A stretch of 64,000 nucleotides of DNA from Eledone cirrhosa (taxonomy: Eukaryota): NCBI GenBank assembly GCA_964016885.1, contig OZ024741.1:92690001-92754000 (forward strand), given 5' to 3'. The notes under the pieces are model-generated. The model had not been told where the DNA came from, ran no database searches, and saw only the letters and a list, made by a program, of their open reading frames with translations. Shown in pieces: positions 53,250 to 64,000 of this stretch (position 1 is its first letter; each line of letters begins with the position of its first letter). Position numbers and translations under genes: made by a program.

Positions 53250-56234
53250 CTGTCCACAAATGTTCATGGTTGCCTATTCAGATCACAAACTAGTGACCTG
53301 CATGGTCAACCTTGATAGAACCCATAGACAAGGACCCGGCTACTGGAAGCTGAACTTGTCGTTACCGACATGCAAAGCCTACAGTAGACGGATTAACACT
53401 TTAGTTAAACAGCACTTGACAGGGGCTATTGTCAACAACAGATGGTGGTACTCTCTCAAGAGGGCAGTTAGATTAGACTCGTTAGGTTTTAGTAAAGAAT
53501 TAGCGTTAGATAGAAATAGAACCGAGAAGGAACTGGTAGATAAAGTAGAAGAAGCAATTAGAAGTGGCAACATAGCCAGCGTGCTAGCAACGAGAACGGT
53601 CTTGGACCAGTTCTTCGACGCAAAGCACGAGGGCTGCGTTGTCAGAAGCAAAATACGTGCTCTGGGAAACGAGGGAGCCAAAGCTGTTAGCTGAGCCGGA
53701 GTGACGGAGGCAAAAAGTGGCAACAAGTCCACGATTCGGTCTTTGAAGGACCAAAACGGACGCGTGATACGTGAGCCGAAGCAGATGTGCGCGGCCTTTC
53801 AGCGGCACTTTGCTCAACTGTTCGGGCAGGGCGGCACGCCGGGAGGGGCTATGGATTTCGGTCCACACCTCGACAGCCTACCGCGACTCTCGGACAGCGA
53901 GGCGAAGTTCTGCGAAAAGCCGATTTCAGCTGCTGAGATAGAAGACGCGCTGAGCCAATGCGGCAAACGCAAATCTCCAGGTCTCGACGGTCTACCCTAC
54001 GAATTTTACGTAGCAATGACGGACTTATTCTCCGGTCTCCTGGAAGCGGTCTACTGCAACTGGCAACAGAACGGGAGAATTCCCAGTTTGTGACCGGGGG
54101 CGTAGTCACACTAGTCAGGAAGGACGAGAATAATGGGGATGACATAGGCAACTTCCGGCCCATAACACAGAGTTACAGATTTTGGCCAAGGTGTTGGCAA
54201 AGAGGCTGGCGCTTGTCGTCGAGAACCTGGTGGGAGAAGCACAGACATGTGCAATCCCGACCAGGTTCATACACGACAACCTCCACCTCATGCTATACAT
54301 CATAGAGAGGGTAGGGTGTAAACCCGGCTTCGGTGGGGCCCTGATCAACTTGGATCAGTCTAAGGCTTTCGATAGGGTTGACCATCGTTACCTGGATGCG
54401 GTGCTCGAGGCGGCAGGCTTTGGACCCGTGTTCGGGGGCTGGATTGCTGCAATGCACAACAGCAACATCTGCTCAAGGGTCAAGGTGAACAGCTACCCCT
54501 CGGAGCCGTTCCATATGACGCGATCCATTCGACAGGGATGCCCTCTCTCCTCCCTTCTGTATGTACTGACTCTCGAGCCACTACTGCGGAAGTTGGAGCT
54601 ATTGCAGGGCATCCCTCTGGAACCGGGACTGCGGAAAGCGGCGTCCGCCTACGCCGACGACGTGACAGTAATGGTGTCGAGAGCCTCGCAAATCGAGGAA
54701 ATCGGCACCTTACTGAAGGAATACGAAAGGTTCACATGGAGAGGCAAACCGATGCCTTCCGATGGCGTCATCGGACGCTGGACGGAACGACCGGTAAAGC
54801 TGCTCTCGGTCTGGTTTGGTCTGGACCTCCAGGTGGAGAAGAACTAGAACGAAGTGACGGCCAAGGTGTTTGCACTCACCAAGAAGTGGGCCGAGTGCAA
54901 ACTATCCTTGAAAGGTCAAGCGGAGGTGGCGAACACTTTTATAGCGTCCGCCATCTACTACCACTTGACCGTCGTGCCTTGTCTAGCCAAAACGCTCACC
55001 AAAATGGAGCGCGCGCTCTTCCAATTCCTTTGGAAGAGGCGGGCTCCTTTGGTGAGAAGATCCATCTGCTGCCAACATCCTTCCAACGGAGGGCTGGGGA
55101 TGCCGTGGCTGACGATGCGCAAACACGCGCTCAGGCTGCGGCATCTCTACGTATTCCTCACCGGACAACCGGTGTGGGCCCCGTTCGTGAGACGAGCCTT
55201 CCCACGACTCGTCTCGCTGACCGAGCTGCAGTCCTGGGTCAAGCAAAGACCTAGGAAAATGGGCGACTGGCACATCGAATGTGCTCAGGCGCTCACAGCC
55301 CTCTGGCAGGCGGACCCGGCGATCAGTGGAGACTCCACTTCGTCATTCTATAGAGGGTTGATCCGCAGCAAGTGCGACGACGCGCTCGGTGAAACTCTAG
55401 GCGTAGAGGAAGACGAACTGGCCAGTCTGTTCGGTAGGACCTTCCGCCCGGGACCGATGGACAACTTCCAAAAGTCCCTGGCCTGGCAGTGCTACCGAGG
55501 AGCTCTACCAGTTCGAGACAAGCTCTACAGACATGGGCGTCCCGGAAGGGACCCTGCAAAAAAGATCTGTCCGAGGTGCGTGCGAGACGAAGAAACCGTC
55601 GCGCATGCATTCATACACTGCACGGGCGTCACCGACCTGTGGGGCTATGTAGAACGACTATTGTCGCGAGTGGGACAAATCCGGTTGACCACCGAGTCCA
55701 TAGTCATGATCAAACCGCCACCCTCCTTCAAAAACGAAGGATAGGCGGTTTTCCTTTGTGTCATAGCTATGGCGAAAGAGGTTGTATGGTGGACAAGGTT
55801 GAAAGGGCTGAGGTCAGACACCTTTCTCTCCGGCCAACAACTGATTCTTTTTTTCAAATACCAATTTGGAAGAAGAATCAGGATGGAGAGAGAGGTGCTG
55901 TACCCCAGCAAGTTTTATGAAAGGTGGGTGAAAGTGGCGAGAATGGCCCGAGTGAATGGGCCTTCTCTCTATATCAACCTGTAGGTTGAGGAAAAAGAGG
56001 AGAGAGGAAAAGAGTACAAACTCTTCGTACTCCTGGAGATGAGGGTTCCACATTTTTTTCGGGGGTATGTGTTACCCATATGTAATGTCTCCCCCTATTG
56101 GGGAAAATCGACTAATTTTTAAATTGCATTTGTGATAATATTTTACACGTTTTTATTGTATGTAAACTTCCCCCTTTGTATTTGTCCCCTTCTTTTGTGC
56201 CCCTGTGGCTAATAAAGAAACATATCTATCTATC
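53250..56234 (+). mobile_element. Tx1/L1-clade LINE, 5'-truncated ORF2 with few lesions plus 3' UTR
   Basis: SDHKLV, KSPGLDGLP, LDQSKAFDRVDH, RQGCPLS, YADDV, CPRC..EETVAHAFIHC; ends aataaagaaaca(tatc)n. Confidence 0.92.
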
Positions 56235-58175
56235 TCAGATAGTCTGGACGTGTACCACTTCTCTGGTAAGTTTTTTGTTAATTTTGTATGCAAAAAACAG
56301 AGACTTTTTGTTAAAAAATACATTGTTTCGTAGATAAATCCCCAGGCTGAATTGTCAGCTGGGCGGTAATCTCATTTTTCGCCCACGGGGCGGAAATTTT
56401 GTTTGAAAAGATTTTTAAAAACTAAATAATTTGCTATCGATAATGGCTAGCTTAGTAGAAAGAACGCTAGCGAACGCCGACGAAAAAAAAATAGAGAAAG
56501 ACAGGCAGACAGTAACGTTGTTACAAGCTCTGCCTGTATAGATGTCACTATGGTGACAAATAGTGAAAACAAACTTTTTTTTCGCCAAGAAGGCGAAAAA
56601 TGCAACTTACAAGTTGGATCACACAGCTTACAACAGACATCAAACCCCACAGAAAATAAAACAATTTACACAACTACAAACGAAAAAAGTGACAACCACA
56701 ACACCAAAAAAATAACATTTGCACAAACAGTTATAAACAAACAAGACTTCAAGGATCTTGATATTTCCAATGCGAGACAAATGCTTTCTGAAGCAAAGAA
56801 TTTGTAATTTTTGAAGAACAAGGTGGGTTTAAGATAAACTCACCCCCCGAAATCAGACTTGAAACACTTCGAAGGACAGTCACCTTCAGAACTGTTTCAA
56901 ATGAAACAAGAAAGCCGGCATTCCTCAGTCAAGGGGAAATAGAAGCAACGTTGAAGGAGGTTTTGCCGGATATAGACTTTATGCAGACGGCCAGACAGTA
57001 TGGAAGTATTTCGGTGCTCCTCAAAAGCGAGGCCCTCGCACAGAAATATTCAGTAATGCCAATACGTTCGAAGAAATACACCTTTTTCCCTACTTACCTG
57101 GGAAAAAGGACCCAAAAAATCAAAATTTTGAACATACCACCAAATATTAATATTTGATGGATTTTGGCAGGATTTTTAGAGGAGGGACAGGACACCATCC
57201 TCTCCATCAAGAAATCAACCAGACACACGTGGTCTGGTATAAATTTGGAGATTCTGTCCTGGGTCATGCGGAGACCGAAGAAGGTGGGCGCCTGGCACAT
57301 TGAATGCGGTCAGGCGCTCACAGTCCTCTGTCAAGCGGGCACAGCAATCAGTGGAGACTCCACTTCGACATTCTATAGAGGATTAGTACAGCACAAGGGC
57401 GACGACGTGCTCGGAGAGACTCTGGGCGTCGAAGACGACGAGCTCACCAGTCTGTTTGGTAGGACTTTCCGACCGGGACCTATGGACAACTTCCAGAGGT
57501 CTCTGGCCTGGCAGTGCTACCGAGGAGCTCTACCAGTTTGAGACAAGATCTACAGGCACGGACACCCGGCAGGGATCCTTCCAAGAAGACGTTTCCAAGA
57601 TGCGAGCAGGACGTTGAAACCGTCTTGCACGCAATTGTACACTGCCCGGGCATAACTGACCTGTGGAACTACGCAGAACAACTGCTATCGCGTATGGGAC
57701 AAATCCAGTTGACTGCCGAGTTCATAGTAAGGATCAAACCGCCAACTTCTTTCAAAAACGAAAGGGGTCGGTTTTCCTCTGTATAGTGGCTATGGTGAAA
57801 GAATGAAGAGAGAGGCACTGCACCCCAGTAAATTTACTGAAAAGTGGGTGAATGTAGCAAAAATGGCCCGAGTGATTGGGCCTTCTCTGTATATAAATCT
57901 GTAGGTTGAAGAAGAGATCAAAAGGAAGAAAGGAGCACTTGCACAACATGCTCCCGAAGTTGAGGGTTGTTCTGTTGACGGGGTATTAAACAACCCATTT
58001 GTAACGCCTCCCCCCTATTGAGGATTTCGATTGTTAAATTTGTTTGTTTTAATAATATTTTTACACGACTGTATGTAAAATCCCCGGCATGTGTCTTGTA
58101 TTGTCCCCTTTTCTTGTGCGCCCTTGTGGTAAACTTGTGCGCCCTTGTGGCTAATAAAGAAATATATCTATCTAT
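56235..58175 (+). mobile_element. Second Tx1-family element: 5' UTR/ORF1 remnant fused to ORF2 3' end
   Basis: ORF1-like KIKILNIPPNIN switches near 57253 to SWVMRRPKKVGAWHIEC, paralogous to 55230-55980; same tail. Confidence 0.8.
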
Positions 58176-58351
58176 CTCTCTATCTGTCAGTCTACCTGTC
58201 TGTCTGTCTATCTATCTGTCAGTCTATCTGTCTGTTTAGCTGTCTCTCTGTCTATCTACATGTCTAAGCATCTTTACATAGAATGTTGTAATCAAGGAAT
58301 TACTAATCTGTTTCCGTCCAGTGTGTTTATACGCCCCATTATTAGATTATA

Positions 58352-60105
58352 CTAGCAGAAAAAATATCTTTCGGGTGGTTTTCTGCTAGCATGTGTAGTG
58401 TGTATATTGATATTATACACAAGTATATATATATGTAGATATGATACGTCAAATAAAACCGTAATTGACAATACACACAGAAATTGAACGAAGATTGTGT
58501 TACACTGTCTTATGTAATCAGTAACGTAATCCATGATACATTAAAAAAAGACGATATCTAATATATATTTGTGAAATGGGTGGTGGTTGAAATTCAGATG
58601 TGCGCAGTTAAATGGTAGTAGACGTCGTCGGACGGACATAGAAATTTACACACCTATGTAAAAAGTGCCAAGGAAGCAAATAGACGAGGTTTCAAATCTC
58701 TAACTTGAAATATGTGGTCCCTGTTCTAATACTAACTCATCAATTTATTTCGCTGCGTTCTTTCGCAGCTTTCTTGGGCTGTTAACATACAGTACTATTT
58801 TACGAAATGCCAATCCGAAAACGGTCACTGTTTTCCATCAAAAGATATAAAACCCTTAAAATGCGAAGAAGGGAGTCATGTTCTCAAGTACATTTTTTCA
58901 GATATCATTTTCATTTTATTTCTAATACATGTTAACCACCACTAACAGTAAGTAGTATTTTACGATTCATTGTCTTATTTAAAATAACATATCAAAGACA
59001 ACGTTATTTCGCTGTGAATAAACTTTTGGCTACTACAGTACGTTTCATTTTCATTTTTAAAATACAATTGCTCTATATTAAATTTAAATAATTCTATAAC
59101 GATCATACAGTACTGTTTTATGAAATCGATTCTGCAGTATAATTTTACGAAATGCCAAAACGAAAAAGGTAACTGTTTTCTAACAAAAGAAATAAAACCC
59201 TTACATTGCGAACCCTCTGTTCTAATACTGGGGTTAGTTATTTCCCCCTCTTCTAATAAATATCTAATATATAGAGGCCCCTCTTGCTGACCAGGGCAAT
59301 CAAAGTGTAAACTATCATACAGTACCGTTTTATGAAATCAATTCTGCAGTACCATTTTACGAAATGCCAAACCGAAAACAGTCACTGTTTTCCATCAAAA
59401 GAAATAAAACCCTTAAATTGCGAAGAAGGGAGTCATGTTCTCAAGTACGTTTTTTCAGATATCATTTTCATTTTATTTCTAATACATGTTAACCACCACT
59501 AACAGTAAGTAGTATTTTTCAAATCATTGTCTTATTTAAAATAACATATCAAAGACAACGTTATTTCGCTGTTAATTAACGTTTGGCTACTACAAGCTTC
59601 CATGGTTACGGAGAAAATCGATGAAACAGGAATTTCCTATTCAAGTTGAACTGAGAGTAACCTGTGAACGCAGAAGTAAATATTTCGAGAAACGTTGCAA
59701 CCGAACGAAAACAGGAAGACGATATTTTGGTTCGTGAAGACGTTCCCTGGCAATGAACGGGAAATAAAGCGAGGATAATACGTCGTTATGCGGAGCGTGA
59801 AGAACAATTTCATGCAAAGACAAGACCAAGTTTATGGTATAAATGGAGTCGTTAGACTAATATTCTATTTAAAATAACAGAATGATTTCCAGCCCCGGAA
59901 TTTAAGAATGATGTAAATAAAATTGAACACGAAAATGACAGAGGTTATTAAAATAGTAAAAGTAAATAGTGAAGATTTAGGCCAGTACATACGTATGCCC
60001 CGACGGACATACACATACATACACACACACAAATACATACCCCCCCCCCCACACACACACATACATACGCACACACAAATACATACACACCCATCCACAC
60101 ACACA

Positions 60106-60164
<59 letters not shown>

Positions 60165-60882
60165 ACGCACGCGCGTATGTATAAATCTTATGCATTTCTA
60201 CAGTATGTTCACCAAACTTAAGACATAGGTTACTTATGTACTCCGGATGGTCATGGGCACTGTCATTTTTCCATATATTGATTATAGGGCCCCCCGGCAG
60301 ATAACCACTTTAACCACTTCCTTGGAGTCGACTGAAGCATTGCAGTGCAATGCAACAAAACGTCATAACTTCTGGAGTTCGCAACCGATTTTCACAAAAC
60401 TTGACACATGGGCTACGTTTGTCCTACAGATGAATGTGAACTCTCAGAATTGGCACATATTGAGTAGGTGACTCCTGGGGGCAGGAACCCCCTTTTGGAA
60501 AAAGCCGATGATTTTGTAAAAGTTTAGTTTTCGAAGCAGCACTGAAGTATTGACATAAATGGTATACACAACTGTTATTTAATATCCGAGCAACGCCATG
60601 TAACTCTGCTAGTTATATATAAACTGCATTAGGAGAAAATTAGTGACAGAAAATTAATGTTTATTTAAGCGATCGCCACCGGAAATGTTGACATTTGAAA
60701 ATTGTAAAGAAGTGAATATTTAAATAAATAATAAAATATATTTAATGAACAGCCACGAAATTTAGTAGATAAATTATGAAATATTCATTCATTATTTATT
60801 CAAAGTAATCCAACTTATTTTACTAATGGGATAAAAAATTATAAACCGTTCGCAGTCCCGCGCTTCTTTATTATAGTTTAGA
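58352..60882 (-). mobile_element. Helitron-type element (same family as 8768-9425) with nested insertion
   Basis: Reverse complement of the 8768-9425 termini and body, split between 58556 and 60613. Confidence 0.8.
58557..60612 (+). mobile_element. Nested Helitron-type element
   Basis: A|TCTAATATAT start, ccgagcaacgcc...ctgCTAG|T end; internal ~550-bp-period duplication. Confidence 0.7.
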
Positions 60883-61231
60883 TTATGTAGTCAATGTTAC
60901 GGTGTAGATGATGAGGAGGGGGGAGAGGAGGAGGACAGAGAAAACCGTTTACTTGAATTAAACCATTTTAGAAAATTTTTCCTCTCCCCATCTTTTTTGT
61001 CTTACAATTAATTGTGTTTGATGAATTCTAAATAATAAAAAAAAAGACAAGTCATTGCTTTGTTTTTGTTTGTTCTGTTTTTTTTTTTTTTGTTTTTTTT
61101 AGGCGTTGGGGAGAGGGTATCACTGAAGAGAAGTTTGTTGACCCCTCACACATGGATGGCTGAAATAATTAGGATTTTTCTGTTCATTACGGTTCTTAAA
61201 TTATACACCTCTCAGAGGTGATTATGTATAA

Positions 61232-61336
<105 letters not shown>

Positions 61337-61525
61337 TATGTACACGTACATACATATATGTATACAGACGTACAGTAGTATCTATATATATATACATACA
61401 TGCACACATATATATATGTACGTATGGATTCACCGAACATTTATTATAATGCTCGGTGTGTTTGTAAACAAACATCCCGTATTAAGCCGTAGTGTCTAGC
61501 AACCATCGTTGCTCGTTTGTTCAAA

Positions 61526-62760
61526 TTTATCTTGGAGAACAATTACTTCGTTTTCAATAAGAAATCCTACAGGCAGAAATCTGGGACCGCTATGAGAACG
61601 AAAACAGCCCCCACTTATGCCAACCTAGTCATGGGATACCTGGATCACCTTCTACACTAAAGTACTAAACAAATTTAGAAACACTCTCCACTTACACATA
61701 GAAAGGAACTGGAAGCGATATCTAGATGACTGCTTCATCCTTTGGCACGAAAACATCGAGAAACTTAAAGAATTTCACATCCTTATAAATGGGCTCAACA
61801 CGAATATTAACTTTACCAAGGAATACAGCCATCAACAACGCCCCTTCCTCGACATCCTCATTAAGATTCATAGCAAAAAAAATAGAAACAGACATATACT
61901 ACAATCCCACAGACTCCAAGCAATATCTTCCTTTCAACTTTTGCCACCCTAGACACGTTAAAATTAATATTCCCTACAACTTAGCCAAGAAAATCTGTAC
62001 TATAGTCTCCAATAAAAACACCTGCTACTTACGGCTACAAGAACTAAAGGACACACTCATAGGCAGGGACTACCCTGCATCACTAATTGACAATGGAATC
62101 CAACGTGCCGTAAAACTCAGTACCCAGGACCTTAGACACCCTAAAGTAAATCAACCGAAACTAAAAGCTCTTCCATACATCTCCACACACAACCCCCTCA
62201 ACAATGAGGCTTTGACACCATCCCCCAGAACATCCCTGTGTTAAAAAAGGACCATAGAATGAACCAAATCCTACGAACACACGATATCATAAAGAGCAAA
62301 AGACAATCTAAGTCAATGAAAAACATCCTAACACATGCCAAAGTACTGCCAACCACAACAACGAAACCCACAGTAAAAAAATGCGATAGACCCAACTGTG
62401 GCATATGCATCAACCTAATAGAGGGTTCGGAATTCTATTTCAAAGAAGGACAACGTTTTATAGTAAAACACAATTTCACATGCGCATCAGAAAATCTAAT
62501 ATATGTATTAACTTGTTCAGGTTGTCGAGAACAATACATAGGCCAGACCAAAAACAGCCTCCGCCAACGCATGACAGTCCATAGATCCCAAATTAAAATA
62601 CGGGAATACAGGAAAATACCACTGATTGAACACAGTGATACCTGTGCCGCCCAAAATCATCCCAACTTCAGAATCTTTCCCCTCTACAAATTTAAAGATA
62701 ATTCCACCCACACCCAGCGCATCAGCAAGGAATCTCACTTTATTAACAAATACGGACCCA
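61526..62760 (+). mobile_element. Penelope-like element, 5'-truncated RT + GIY-YIG endonuclease, decayed
   Basis: YRQKSGTAM..APTYANLVMG, WKRYLDDCFI, PFLDI, TDIYYNPTDSKQYL, NLIYVLTCSGCREQYIGQTKNSLRQRM. Confidence 0.92.
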
Positions 62761-63405
62761 CAACATACACACGTCAACATACATACCTACATCAGCATAC
62801 ATCCTACATACATCTCTATCCACATATAAACACAATGACATACGTAAACACACATGTTCTATGGTGCAACACAAATATACACAAATTTTCATACCTTTTG
62901 ATGTCTATAGATATAAACGTGCCGACACACACACATACATATACGCACACATGCATTGCACACTGATGGGCACATACATATTTGTACACAAGTATTCCAA
63001 TACGGCAAGGCCTAATGGATTCCCCTTGCAGTACGTACAATGCAGTATGGACACTCACACACACCTTGATGTTATGACAATACTATATATCATTTCACAC
63101 CTTTTATTATTAAGGTTTTTGATGTTCTATTGAGAGAATCGTTTTTACTGAAAATATCGAATAATGTACACCATTTTTACCAGTATCACAAAAATACTGG
63201 TCCACCCACACACACACACATACACACATATACACACACACACACATATATACATACACACGCGTACACTAACATACAAAGAGACACACACACACTTCTC
63301 CGTATAAGACAAGAGCTGAAAAATATCTTTTAACATGTTAAAATATCCCCCACACACGTACAGACACATTCCTACTGACCGATCCCTCTCCCACGAATTA
63401 CTCTG

Positions 63406-63459
<54 letters not shown>

Positions 63460-63472
63460 ACACACACACACA

Positions 63473-63509
<37 letters not shown>

Positions 63510-63618
63510 ACACTTGTCTTAATAGGCACCTGAACTGTTGACCTGTCAACATGACTGCAATTCACACACACATCCCTACTGACCATTATCACAACAATGA
63601 GCCTCTTTACTACTACTA

Positions 63619-63686
<68 letters not shown>

Positions 63687-64000
63687 TTGTCTTAAAAGAC
63701 TTATTTTTCAGTGACTTGTCAATCAGCCGAGAAAAACCTACATTTGGCGCAAAATCAATTTTTAACATTCACATGACCTCTACCGACCAATCAAAATTGT
63801 TTTGACCACAAGAATTTTTGCAACACGAATTGGCGCGAAACTTATTTTAATACATCTGGAGCAACTTTTTTCACATAAAACAGGTAGAATTTCCAAAACT
63901 AATCAGATTAGAGCAAACATCACGGGCGCTCTATCTCAAAATTATTTTTGAAAAGCATTAGAAATGCGCAACCGGTAAAAACTTAAAACCAAAACTGATT

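Overview
AT-rich, microsatellite-saturated eukaryotic DNA. The SINE/LINE repertoire suggests a coleoid cephalopod, most likely Octopus (inference). No intact protein-coding gene could be identified, only low-confidence candidate exons on the minus strand. The window is a mosaic of decayed retrotransposons (RTE, Tx1/L1, CRE, Penelope), a hAT fossil, Helitron-type elements, MITEs and many tRNA-derived SINEs. The main unexplained signal is a dense, sequence-diverse set of type I hammerhead ribozyme (HHR) motifs in small non-coding modules inserted into (TA)n tracts. The clearest case is a ~99%-identical tandem array of 630-bp units (32352-34332), each carrying one complete HHR on the minus strand. 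This is the architecture of a retrozyme / Penelope pseudo-LTR array that could release 630-nt monomer or circular RNAs. Several modules form long inverted repeats whose breakpoints fall in HHR helix II. All folds were derived by eye; boundaries of decayed repeats are approximate.
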